DNA of 64,000 nt from an uncultured Holophagaceae bacterium (GTDB lineage Bacteria > Acidobacteriota > Holophagae > Holophagales > Holophagaceae): positions 6,402-70,401 of the forward strand of contig CAVPLE010000149.1 in assembly GCA_963705865.1 (NCBI GenBank). Direction: 5' to 3'. Numbering within the stretch: the first letter of the stretch is position 1; every line of letters begins with the position of its first letter. Shown one piece after another: positions 38,955 through 48,180 of the stretch. Below the pieces are notes generated by a model. That model did no database searches and had not been told where the DNA came from. It was given only the letters and a program-made list of their open reading frames with translations. The position numbers and the translations under genes were made by a program.

Positions 38955-39998
38955 ATGCCCGTCCCAGACAGCCCCTCACCATCCGCCGTACCCGAGACAT
39001 TTCTGAGGCGGGATCGCCTGCGCCGCTGGAAGGTCCTGGCCGGCATCGGACTCTTCTTTCTCGCCTTCGGCAGCTGCGGGGCGCTCCTGGTCATGCAACC
39101 GCTGCTCACAACCCCGCGGGGCGAGCCGGCCATCCCAGTGGAGGCGGGTCGTCTGGAAGCGCACGTGCGCTACCTCTCGGAGGCCTGCCTCCCCAGGGAT
39201 TGGCGTGGTCCAGGCCTGGCGAAGGCCGGCGAGTACATCGAGGCCGCTTTCCAGACCTCAGGGGCCCGGGTTTCCCGGCAGATCTTCGAGGTGAGGGGTC
39301 GAGTCTCCGCCAACGTCATCGGCACCTACGGCCCCGCGGGCGGGCCCCGGATCGTCGTGGGCGCCCACTACGACGCCCACGGCGAGCTCCCCGGCGCGGA
39401 TGACAACGCCAGCGGCGTGGCCTGTCTGCTGGAACTGGCCCGGGCCTTCGGTCGAATGGCGCCCGCCCAGCGCGTCGACCTGGTGGCCTACACCTTGGAG
39501 GAGCCACCCTTCTTCCGCACGCCGGAGATGGGCAGCGTCCGGCACGCCCGCCTTCTCAAAGAGGCCGGTAGCGATGTGACCGCCGTGCTCGTCCTGGAGA
39601 TGGTCGGCCGGTTCACGGAGGCCCCCGCTACCCAGCGGTACCCATCCGCGGTCTTGGATGCCCTGTACCCCGACCGCGGCGATTTTGTCCTGGTGGCCGG
39701 ACGGTTGGGCGATATCGGCCTGACCCGGCAGGTCAAGGCGGCGCTGGCGGGAACCACACCCCTGCCCGTCCGGTCCCTGAACGGGCCCCGCTGGATCCCC
39801 GGCATGGATTTCTCGGACCACTACCCCTACTGGGATCAGGGTTTCACCGCCGTCATGATCACCGACACCGCGTTCTACCGGAACACCGACTACCACACGG
39901 CCAACGACACGGCCGACCGCCTCGACTACGCCCGGATGGCCCAGGTGGTCCAGGGCGTGCATGCCGCCGTGACTCGGCTCGCAAAGCGGGCACACTAG
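38955..39998 (+). CDS. Membrane-anchored M28-family peptidase
   Basis: VGAHYD, GADDNASG, LEEPPFF, FSDH, YHTANDT. Confidence 0.9.
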   Translation: MPVPDSPSPSAVPETFLRRDRLRRWKVLAGIGLFFLAFGSCGALLVMQPLLTTPRGEPAIPVEAGRLEAHVRYLSEACLPRDWRGPGLAKAGEYIEAAFQTSGARVSRQIFEVRGRVSANVIGTYGPAGGPRIVVGAHYDAHGELPGADDNASGVACLLELARAFGRMAPAQRVDLVAYTLEEPPFFRTPEMGSVRHARLLKEAGSDVTAVLVLEMVGRFTEAPATQRYPSAVLDALYPDRGDFVLVAGRLGDIGLTRQVKAALAGTTPLPVRSLNGPRWIPGMDFSDHYPYWDQGFTAVMITDTAFYRNTDYHTANDTADRLDYARMAQVVQGVHAAVTRLAKRAH

Positions 39999-40002
39999 GG
40001 GA

Positions 40003-41412
40003 ATGGACGCCCAAGAATTCCGCCGCCTCGGTTACCAGCTCGTGGATTGGATCGCGGACTACCGCGAAAACCTCGAGCGCCTGCCTGTGATGAGCCGGGT
40101 GCAACCTGGCGAGATCCGCGCCGCCTTCCCGGACCATCCGCCCCAGCACGGGGGCCGCGTGGCCCAGGCCCTGGCGGCTCTGGAGCGGGACGTGCTGCCC
40201 GGCATCACCCACTGGAACCATCCATCCTTTTTCGCCTACTTCCCCAGCAACACCAGCTACAGCTCGATCCTCGGCGACCTTGCCGCCTCGGGCCTGGGCG
40301 CCCAGGGCATGAGCTGGCAGACCAGCCCCGCCGCCACCGAGGTCGAAGAGGTCGTCATGGACTGGCTGCGCCAGATGGTGGGCCTGAGTCCCGCCTTCAC
40401 CGGCGTCATCCACGACACCGCCAGCACCGCCACCTTCACGGCTCTGCTCTGCGCCCGGGAGAAGGTCTCGGACTACGCGCAGAACACCGAGGGCCTCCAG
40501 AGCGGCGAGGCACCCCTGGTGGTCTACGCCTCGGACCAGGCCCACAGCTCCATCGAGAAGGCGGCCCTGCTGGCGGGCTTCGGCCGCAGCTACCTGCGGC
40601 TCATCCCCACGGATGAGCATCACGCCATCCGCCTGGACCTGCTGCAGGCGGCCATCGAGAAGGATGTCGCGATCGGCCTGCGCCCCTGCGCCATCGTCGG
40701 CGCCGTGGGCACCACGGCCACCACGGCCCTGGACCCCCTGCCGGCTCTGGCGGACCTCGGGGAGAAGCACGGGATGTGGCTCCACGTGGACGCGGCCCTG
40801 GCGGGCACGGCCATGGTGCTGCCCGAGTGCCGCTGGATGTGGGAGGGCATCGAGCGGGCCGACAGCCTGGTGTTCAACCCCCACAAGTGGATGGGCGTGG
40901 GCTTCGACCTCAGCGCCTACTACGTGCGGGATCCCCAGCACCTCATCCGGGTCATGAGCACCAATCCCAGCTACCTGCGCACGGCCCAGGATGGCCAGGT
41001 GAGCAACTTCCGCGACTGGCACATCCAGCTGGGCCGCCGCTTCCGGGCCCTCAAGTTGTGGTTCTACCTCATGGACGTGGGCGTGGAAGGCCTCCAGGCC
41101 CGCATCCGCCGCGACCTGGCGAACGCCCAGTGGCTCAAGGACCAGGTGGACGCCGCCCCAGAGTGGGAGCGCCTCGCCCCGGTGCCCCTCCAGACCGTGT
41201 GCCTTCGCCATCGGCAGCCGGGCCTCGGCGAGACCGCCCTCGCCATCCACAACCTGGAGATCGCCCGCCGCATCAACGAAGGCGGCAAGGCCTACCTCAC
41301 GCCCTCCATGCTCAAGGGAAAACAGATCCTCCGCGTGAGCATCGGCGCCGAGACCACGGAGCTCAGGCATGTCGAGGCGCTCTGGGAGGCTCTGAAGCAG
41401 GCGGCAAGTTGA
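40003..41412 (+). CDS. Group II PLP-dependent (aromatic L-amino-acid/DOPA-type) decarboxylase
   Basis: PGITHWNHP, SPAATEVE, HSSIEKA, HVDAA, FNPHKW, GRRFRALKLW. Confidence 0.92.
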   Translation: MDAQEFRRLGYQLVDWIADYRENLERLPVMSRVQPGEIRAAFPDHPPQHGGRVAQALAALERDVLPGITHWNHPSFFAYFPSNTSYSSILGDLAASGLGAQGMSWQTSPAATEVEEVVMDWLRQMVGLSPAFTGVIHDTASTATFTALLCAREKVSDYAQNTEGLQSGEAPLVVYASDQAHSSIEKAALLAGFGRSYLRLIPTDEHHAIRLDLLQAAIEKDVAIGLRPCAIVGAVGTTATTALDPLPALADLGEKHGMWLHVDAALAGTAMVLPECRWMWEGIERADSLVFNPHKWMGVGFDLSAYYVRDPQHLIRVMSTNPSYLRTAQDGQVSNFRDWHIQLGRRFRALKLWFYLMDVGVEGLQARIRRDLANAQWLKDQVDAAPEWERLAPVPLQTVCLRHRQPGLGETALAIHNLEIARRINEGGKAYLTPSMLKGKQILRVSIGAETTELRHVEALWEALKQAAS

Positions 41413-41426
41413 TCTGCCATTCCCGG

Positions 41427-41455
41427 TTGCATCCTCCAGTCCGCTTCGGCACACT
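41427..41455 (+). promoter_or_regulatory. Putative sigma70 promoter of the pro leader
   Basis: TTGCAT-N17-CACACT, ending 9 nt before the leader ATG. Confidence 0.45.
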
Positions 41456-41464
41456 TGGCAGACC

Positions 41465-41536
41465 ATGATTCCTGTCGCGACCCTCAACCCGATCCCCAGC
41501 CAGCCCACCCCCGGTGCGCCGGTGGGAGGGGTCTGA
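41465..41536 (+). CDS. Putative Pro-rich leader peptide MIPVATLNPIPSQPTPGAPVGGV
   Basis: 23 codons with 6 Pro, directly upstream of an attenuator and proB. Confidence 0.65.
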   Translation: MIPVATLNPIPSQPTPGAPVGGV

Positions 41537-41565
41537 GCCCGTCGCCAAGCCGATCCGCTCACCTC

Positions 41566-41600
41566 ACCCCCGGTGCCCACCAGCCCGGGGGTTTTTCTTT
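41566..41600 (+). terminator. Attenuator terminator upstream of proB
   Basis: ACCCCCGG/CCGGGGGT stem followed by TTTTCTTT, 11 nt before the proB ATG. Confidence 0.8.
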
Positions 41601-41611
41601 CGGCAGTTCCC

Positions 41612-42460
41612 ATGACCCAAAAATCGGAAGCTTCTCTCGGCCGGGCGAACCTCTCCAGGGCGAAACGCATCGTGCTGAAGCTCGGCACACAGGTCGTGGT
41701 GGATACCGAAGGCAGGCCGGCCCTGAGCCGCCTGTACGGCCTGATGGAAACCGTGGCCGCCCTCCACCGCCGGGGGGCGCAACCCGTGCTGGTGTCTTCG
41801 GGCGCGGTGGGCCTTGGGGCCCGGCAGCTCGGCATCAAGCCCGAAGGCCTGTCGCAGAAACAGGCCTGCGCCGCGGCCGGGCAGGGCCAGCTCATGTCCA
41901 TCTACCAGGAGGGCTTCGCCCGCCTGGGCCTGTGCGCGGCCCAGGTGCTGCTCACCGAGGACGACTTCACGGATCCCCTCCGCCACGGCAACCTCCGGCG
42001 CACGCTGGAGACCTTGCTGGAACTGGGGGCGATCCCCGTGCTCAACGAGAACGACACGGTCTCCACCCTGGAGCTGGAGCGCCCTTCTCCAGGTCGCAAG
42101 CCTATCTTCAGCGACAACGACCATCTGTCGGCCCTGGTGGCCGCGCATCTCGAAGCCGACCTCCTCGTCCTCCTCTCGGACGTCACCGCCCTCCACACGC
42201 GGAACCCGGGCCTGCACGCGGACGCGGCCCCCCTGGCGGAAATCCCGTTCGGTGCGGATCTCCAGGTCACCCTCGAAGGCACCTCGGGTCGTGGCCGGGG
42301 TGGCATGGTCAGCAAAGTGGCGGCGGCCCGGGCCGCCACCCGCGCCGGAGTACCCGTGGTGCTGGCATCGGGCCTGGCCATCGGCGTGCTCGATCAGATC
42401 CTCGCCGGCGAACCCATCGGCACCCTCTTCCTCGCCGGCCCCAGGGGAGTCCCGTCATGA
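41612..42460 (+). CDS. proB: Glutamate 5-kinase (no PUA domain)
   Basis: IVLKLGT, VSSGAV, AAGQ, NENDTV, DNDHLSALVA, GRGGMVSK. Confidence 0.93.
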   Translation: MTQKSEASLGRANLSRAKRIVLKLGTQVVVDTEGRPALSRLYGLMETVAALHRRGAQPVLVSSGAVGLGARQLGIKPEGLSQKQACAAAGQGQLMSIYQEGFARLGLCAAQVLLTEDDFTDPLRHGNLRRTLETLLELGAIPVLNENDTVSTLELERPSPGRKPIFSDNDHLSALVAAHLEADLLVLLSDVTALHTRNPGLHADAAPLAEIPFGADLQVTLEGTSGRGRGGMVSKVAAARAATRAGVPVVLASGLAIGVLDQILAGEPIGTLFLAGPRGVPS

Positions 42461-43773
42461 GCGAAGCATCCTTGAGCCCCCTCCAGATCCAGGCCATGGC
42501 CCAGGCCGCCCGGGACGCGTCGCGGCGCCTGGCGACCACTTCTTCGGGGCTTCGATCGGCGGTGCTCCTGCGGCTGGCGGACCTCCTGGAAGCCCAGGCG
42601 CCCGCCCTTCTCGCGACCAACGCGGAAGATGTCGCCGCCGTCGGGAACACCCTGCCGCCCGCCACCCTCCAGCGGCTCAAGCTCGACGGCGCGAAGCTGG
42701 CGGCCATGGCCCAGGGGGTCCGCGCCGTGGCGGCCCTGCCCGACCCCCTCCACCGGGTCCAGCTGCGCCGGCTGCTGGATGACGGCCTCGAACTCACCCG
42801 CGTCGCCTGTCCCCTGGGCGTGCTTTGCGTCGTGTTCGAAGCACGGCCGGATGCTCTGATCCAGATCAGCGCCCTGGCCCTCAAGAGTGGCAACGCCGTG
42901 TTGCTCAAGGGCGGCAGCGAGGCCCGCCATTCCAACACCGCGCTGCTGGCCCTGGTCCGGCAGGCGCTGGCGGAGGAGGGGCTGCCGGAGGAGGCGGTCC
43001 AGGGCCTGCCGGATCGCGAGGCCGTCACGGCCCTGCTGTTGCGTCCCGACCTGGTGGATCTGGTGATCCCCCGCGGGTCCAGGGAGCTGGTGCAGAACCT
43101 CCAGGCCGCCACCCGGATTCCCGTGCTGGGACATGCCGACGGCATCTGCCACATGTACCTCGACGAGGCCGCGGCCACCGCCATGGCTGTGGCTCTGGTC
43201 CGGGACGCGAAGCTGCAGTACCCGGCTGCCTGCAACGCGGTGGAGACGGTCCTCATCCACCGCCGGGCCGCGGCCCGCCTGCTGCCGGCCTTGGCGGAGG
43301 ATCTCGTCCCGCGGGGCGCGGAACTGCGCGGCTGCCCCGCCTGTCTGGAGATCGTGCCCTCCCTCGGCAAGGCCACCGAGGCGGATTGGGACGCCGAGTA
43401 CGGCGCCCCCATCCTGGCCCTGAAGGTGGTGGCGGATCTCGACGGGGCCCTGGCCCACATTCGCGCCCACGGCAGCGGCCACACGGAAGCCATCGTGACC
43501 GAGGACCACGCGGCGGCCGCCCGCTTCCTGGCCGAGGTCGATGCGGCGGGCGTGTTCCACAACGCCTCCACCCGCTTCGCCGACGGCTACCGGTACGGGT
43601 TCGGCGCCGAGGTGGGCATCAGCACCGGGCGCATCCATGCCCGCGGGCCCGTCGGGCTCGAAGGCCTGCTCAGCTACCGGTACCTCCTCCTGGGCCATGG
43701 ACAGTGCGTGGAGGACTACGCCGGGCCTGCCGCCCGGCCGTTCAGGCATCTTGATTTCACCACCGAGTCATAA
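42457..43773 (+). CDS. proA: Gamma-glutamyl phosphate reductase
   Basis: [49 protein letters not shown]. Confidence 0.95.
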   Translation: MSEASLSPLQIQAMAQAARDASRRLATTSSGLRSAVLLRLADLLEAQAPALLATNAEDVAAVGNTLPPATLQRLKLDGAKLAAMAQGVRAVAALPDPLHRVQLRRLLDDGLELTRVACPLGVLCVVFEARPDALIQISALALKSGNAVLLKGGSEARHSNTALLALVRQALAEEGLPEEAVQGLPDREAVTALLLRPDLVDLVIPRGSRELVQNLQAATRIPVLGHADGICHMYLDEAAATAMAVALVRDAKLQYPAACNAVETVLIHRRAAARLLPALAEDLVPRGAELRGCPACLEIVPSLGKATEADWDAEYGAPILALKVVADLDGALAHIRAHGSGHTEAIVTEDHAAAARFLAEVDAAGVFHNASTRFADGYRYGFGAEVGISTGRIHARGPVGLEGLLSYRYLLLGHGQCVEDYAGPAARPFRHLDFTTES

Positions 43774-43894
43774 CTATCAGTTATTGATATATAACGTTCT
43801 ATAACTTGAGCCCATGACTTGGACTGGTAATCTTAACCAATGCTTGTCGCCCCCGGGTTGCCGCAGGGGCGACATTTTCGTATCGGGAGGATCC

Positions 43895-45205
43895 ATGGCT
43901 GCCCTGCTCTCCCCTGAAACGCCCGCCTTCGCCGTGCCTGAGGCCAATCTCGTCCCGGTGAGCGACCACCTGAAACGGCTGGCGCCGATTCCCGCCTCCC
44001 GCATGTTCCTCATCAACAAGTCATTGAAGGTGTTCCAGGAAAAGCAGCCGGGCGTGCCGGTCTTCGATGCCAGCCAGGGCGACGGCGGGGCCTCGCTCCC
44101 GGGCGTGCCCGAGGCGCTGCTGGACCGGGCCTTCGAGCTGCAGAAGCAGCACGGCACCGCCTACGACATGCCCTTCGGCACCGAGGCGTACCGCAAGAGC
44201 GTGGCGGAAACCTATTGGAAGCTGGCGCCGGACACGGGCTGGGGCACGGCCAATGTCATCGGCACCCAGGGCGGCCGCGACGGCCTGCAGAAGGCCTACC
44301 AGGCCATGCTGGCCCTGGGCCATGGCCGCCAGGGCGATGTCGTGGTGGTCAGTCGCGTGCCCTGGATCAGCTACAACTGGGGCCCCTACGGCATCGGCGC
44401 CAATGTGATGTGGGCCCCGGGCCGGGCGGAGGAAGGCTGGGCCTACTCCGAGGACGGTATTCGCGCCTGCGTCACGGAGGCCGCGAAGTCCAACCGCAAG
44501 ATCGCGGGCCTCGTCATCACCAGCCCCGACAATCCCACGGGCCAGACCCTCACGCTGGAACGCCAGATCGCCCTGGCCCACACCGCGCTGGAAGCCGGCG
44601 TGGCCTACGTCCTCTTCGACTGGATGTACCACGCGGTGGGTGATGGCGAGCCCTACGATGTGAATGTCCTCCTGCGCGCCTTCGAGCCCGCGCTGCGCAA
44701 GCGCCTGATGGTGCTGGATGGCCTCACCAAGAGCCTCGGCGGTTCCAACATCCGCAACTGCCATCTCCTGGCGGACTCGGAGGTGGTCAAGGTCATCGTC
44801 GCCCAGGCCTCGCACACCGTGATCCCATCCTTCTTCAGCCTGGCCGTGGCCATGGCCGCCTATGAGAAGGGCTTCGCCGCCGCCAGCGCCCCCATCGCCG
44901 GCCCCACCCGCACCAGCCGGGCCTGGCTGCGCGGCTACCTGAAAGAGCAGAAGCTCACCCACATCATCGGCCAGGGCTATTACGCCTTCATCAAAGTGGC
45001 GGATTCCTTCGCGGCCAAAGGCTGGGCCGATTCCGAGCCCATGGGCCAGTACCTGGCCGAGGAGCACGGCGTGGCCGTGGTGCCCGGTGCCTTCTTCAGC
45101 CCCTATGGCGCCGAGTGGATCCGTTTCTCCTACGCCACCCCCGTCGAACGCACCCAGGGCGCCGCCGAGCGATTGATCGAAGCTCTCAAAGAACTGGGGA
45201 AATGA
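43895..45205 (+). CDS. Divergent class I/II PLP-dependent aminotransferase
   Basis: TSPDNPTG, FDWMY, DGLTKSLGGSNIR (PLP lysine), VAVVPG, WIRFSYA. Confidence 0.85.
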   Translation: MAALLSPETPAFAVPEANLVPVSDHLKRLAPIPASRMFLINKSLKVFQEKQPGVPVFDASQGDGGASLPGVPEALLDRAFELQKQHGTAYDMPFGTEAYRKSVAETYWKLAPDTGWGTANVIGTQGGRDGLQKAYQAMLALGHGRQGDVVVVSRVPWISYNWGPYGIGANVMWAPGRAEEGWAYSEDGIRACVTEAAKSNRKIAGLVITSPDNPTGQTLTLERQIALAHTALEAGVAYVLFDWMYHAVGDGEPYDVNVLLRAFEPALRKRLMVLDGLTKSLGGSNIRNCHLLADSEVVKVIVAQASHTVIPSFFSLAVAMAAYEKGFAAASAPIAGPTRTSRAWLRGYLKEQKLTHIIGQGYYAFIKVADSFAAKGWADSEPMGQYLAEEHGVAVVPGAFFSPYGAEWIRFSYATPVERTQGAAERLIEALKELGK

Positions 45206-45220
45206 GAAAGAAGAAGGTCT

Positions 45221-45300
45221 AACCGCAGATGTCGCAGATTGCGCAGATGAAAACCAAGCAAACCTATCTGCGTCATCTGCCATCTGCGCCATCTGCGGTT
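45221..45300. repeat. REP-like doublet, family C
   Basis: AACCGCAGATGTCGCAGATTGCGCAGATG ... CATCTGCGCCATCTGCGGTT. Confidence 0.85.
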
Positions 45301-45369
45301 GATAAATCAGTTTTCCTTTTTTAAGCCACTGAGGAACTGCAAGTCTCAGCTGATTGATCCGGAGCACCC

Positions 45370-48180
45370 GTGTTCGACTTGAACGCCTTCGTCGAGAAGT
45401 TCCAGCTAGCGCGGCAGACGGCGCTGGAGACCCGACCCTCGGGCGGCCTCTGCGGGCTGGAGCTGGAGTGGAACCTGGTGGATCCGCAGTTCCGCCCGCT
45501 GCTCACCGTGGGCACCGGGCCGGATCGCATGTCGTTCGTCGACCACCTGCGGACCAAGGTGCTGGCGCCCTGGACGGAGGAGTATCACCAGCTGGAGGTC
45601 TTCCACTGGATGATCGAGTGGGTCACGCGGCCCTACCACACGCCCAAGGGCGCGGTGTACGAAGGTCGCCTGCTGGAGGCCGCCCTCATCAACGCCCTCT
45701 ACAAGGCGGGCCGCGCCTTCGGGGAACCCCTGCACTACTGGCACGGCAACCTGCTCGTGCTGCCGGAGATCGGGCCCGACTGCGTGCCCATGTCCTGGCA
45801 TCTGGCCAAGCGGCGCTACCTGCAGCGCTGCGTGGAGATCTACGGCACCGAGCTGGCCACGGCCGGCACCCACTCCAACCTGAGCCTGCCCGAGCCAATG
45901 CTGGCCTGGGACTTCATGCACCTGCCCGACGCCCAGCGCGGCGACAACCACCTGGACGCTTACAAGAACAAGGTCTACATCACCAGCACGCGACTCATGC
46001 GGGCCTTCGCGGCGCTCTTCATCGCCACCAGCGCCAGCACGCCGCTGCAGGCCTCGGAGGAGGACGGCAAGCCCGTCGTCCGCCTCACGCCCTACGAATC
46101 AGTGCGGAACCTCACCTTCCCGAACCCGCCCGCCCTGGACGTGCCGGACCTGAACCGCAGCCACGCCGACTACCTGCGCCTGTCCTACGATCTGGTCCGC
46201 CGCGGCGTGCGCTTCGGCAACAACAACTGGATCCCCGTGCGCGCCCGCTCCCAGGTCGAGCCCGTGGAGCGCCTCATCCAGGTCACCAGCGACCAGCTGC
46301 ACGACATCTACGCACGGGGCCTCTTCGCCGCCGGCGAAACCCGGAACGTCGAGGACATGGCCGCGCAGATCGAGCGGCAGAACCTCTTCGCCCGCATCGA
46401 CCTGCCCATGGCCCGCGTGGAAGTGCGCACGGATGACCCCGGTCACGAGCTGGCCCTCGATGTGGCGAACCTCACCCTCAAGCACCTGCTGCTGCTCCGC
46501 TTCTACGCGGATCCCGACTTCGCGCGCGGGTTCCGCTACGACACGGAGGACATCACCCGGGCCCGGCGCAACGAAGACCTGGCGGCCCGCGAAGGCCTGA
46601 ACGCCGTCATCGAGGATCCCCTCACCGCCAAGCCCGTGGCCATGCGCGTCTTCCTGGCCTGGACGCTGAACCAGCTGCGACCTCTGGCCGAGGCTCTCGG
46701 TTTCTGGGAAGACCTCCAGCCGCTGCAGGAGATGGTCGAAGGCGCGCCCAGCACCGCCGAGAAGATGCGCCAGCGCCTGAAGGCCAAGCTCGGCGCCTCG
46801 GACATCGTGCCGCCCGCCCTGCTCGTCGAGCTGGCGGAAGCACGGACGGCCCAGGTCCGCGAGGAAGTGGAAATCGTCACCGCCCACCTGGCGGACCTCG
46901 GCGCGGAGCAGAACAAGCTCCAGGACTTCGTGGAGCACGCCCGGGACGAGGTGCATCTGGATCCCCGGGCCCCCGTGCGATTCCGGCCCCGACCCGAGAA
47001 GCTGGTGGAATCCGGTTTCGCGACCAAGACCGCGGAAGTGCTGTCCGTCTCCCAGCGGCTGATCCGCATCCCCAGCGTCACCGCCTGCCCCGAGGAACGC
47101 ATGCCCGAGATCCACCGGGCGGCCACCTTCATCTACGACTACCTGCGCAACCATGGCGTGCCCGTCCGCTACTTCGACCAGGCCACCTTCCCGGCCGTGC
47201 TGGCCCACTTCCCCGGCGGCGAGCAGGCTCCGGTCATGCTCTGCGGCCACTTCGACGTGGTCGAGCCCGAGCCTGACGACAGCCAGTTCGAGCCGAAGAT
47301 CGAGGGCGACTACCTCTGGGGCCGCGGCTCGGCGGACATGAAGACCGTGCTCTCCACCTACCTGGTGTGGATGAAGGACACCCTCAAGAAGGGGGCTCCC
47401 TACCCGCCCGTGAGCCTCCTCATGCTCGGCAACGAGGAGAATGGCGAGCTGGAACCCATGGGCACGCCCCATGTGCTGAAACAGCTCAAGGAGGAGTGGA
47501 ACTACGAACCCTCGTTCTTCGTGGCCGGTGAACGTACCGGCGAGAAGGGTACTGAACTGTGGGGCGAGGTCTGCACCCAGAACCGGGGCGTCCTCCGCTT
47601 CGAGCTGGTGGCCAAGGGCACCCGCGGCCACAGCGGCCTGGCGGGTGGCAGTGACCTCACCGAGCGCCTGCTGGGCGCCCGCGAGGCCCTGCGCGAGATG
47701 TTCGCGAAGCGCCTCACCCTCAAAGCCTCGGACGGCTGGCAGTCCCTGGCCCGCTTCGCCTACATCCAGGTGGGCACGCCCGGCGTCTACAACATCACGC
47801 CAGACCGCGGCGCCCTGGGCGTGGAGCTCCGCCCCATCCCCCAGGACGACATCTCGAGCCTGCGCGCCGCCATCGAAGCCATGGCCGCGGAACGGGAGCT
47901 GGAATTCGTGCCCGCGGCCTGGGAACCCGGCGTGGCCTGCGATCCGGAGAACCCCTACCTCAAGGCCCTGCTGGCGGGCATCGAGGCCGCCGGCGGCGAT
48001 GTGCGCCTGGGCCGCAAGGGCGCCGGCACCTCGGCCCGCTTCGCCCCCAAGGGCCAAGGCGTGGTCTGGGGTCAGACCGGCATCGGCCCGCACGCCGCCG
48101 GGGAGCGCCACTACATCCCCAGCATTGATCCCTACTACCGGGCACTCGACGCCTTCGCAGACAAACTGAAGAAAGCGTAG
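45370..48180 (+). CDS. Fusion of a glutamate-cysteine-ligase (GCS2/YbdK-like) domain and an M20 (ArgE/DapE-like) metallohydrolase
   Basis: N-terminal GLELEW, LEVFHWMIEWVTRP, AGTHSN, WIPVR, RVEVR; C-terminal GHFDVV, GRGSADMK, NEE, GE, GHSG, HAAGE. Confidence 0.8.
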   Translation: MFDLNAFVEKFQLARQTALETRPSGGLCGLELEWNLVDPQFRPLLTVGTGPDRMSFVDHLRTKVLAPWTEEYHQLEVFHWMIEWVTRPYHTPKGAVYEGRLLEAALINALYKAGRAFGEPLHYWHGNLLVLPEIGPDCVPMSWHLAKRRYLQRCVEIYGTELATAGTHSNLSLPEPMLAWDFMHLPDAQRGDNHLDAYKNKVYITSTRLMRAFAALFIATSASTPLQASEEDGKPVVRLTPYESVRNLTFPNPPALDVPDLNRSHADYLRLSYDLVRRGVRFGNNNWIPVRARSQVEPVERLIQVTSDQLHDIYARGLFAAGETRNVEDMAAQIERQNLFARIDLPMARVEVRTDDPGHELALDVANLTLKHLLLLRFYADPDFARGFRYDTEDITRARRNEDLAAREGLNAVIEDPLTAKPVAMRVFLAWTLNQLRPLAEALGFWEDLQPLQEMVEGAPSTAEKMRQRLKAKLGASDIVPPALLVELAEARTAQVREEVEIVTAHLADLGAEQNKLQDFVEHARDEVHLDPRAPVRFRPRPEKLVESGFATKTAEVLSVSQRLIRIPSVTACPEERMPEIHRAATFIYDYLRNHGVPVRYFDQATFPAVLAHFPGGEQAPVMLCGHFDVVEPEPDDSQFEPKIEGDYLWGRGSADMKTVLSTYLVWMKDTLKKGAPYPPVSLLMLGNEENGELEPMGTPHVLKQLKEEWNYEPSFFVAGERTGEKGTELWGEVCTQNRGVLRFELVAKGTRGHSGLAGGSDLTERLLGAREALREMFAKRLTLKASDGWQSLARFAYIQVGTPGVYNITPDRGALGVELRPIPQDDISSLRAAIEAMAAERELEFVPAAWEPGVACDPENPYLKALLAGIEAAGGDVRLGRKGAGTSARFAPKGQGVVWGQTGIGPHAAGERHYIPSIDPYYRALDAFADKLKKA

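Noticed and set aside
41455-42456. 772-aa ORF extending proA upstream across proB
   Set aside because: The extension is low-complexity alternate-frame translation. proA has its own ATG at 42457 in an ATGA overlap with proB.
43770-43873. ATAACT-N3-AGTTAT palindrome and an 8-bp hairpin (43846-43873) upstream of the aminotransferase as an operator or riboswitch
   Set aside because: Short, single-copy and without recognisable riboswitch elements; may be only promoter or terminator sequence.
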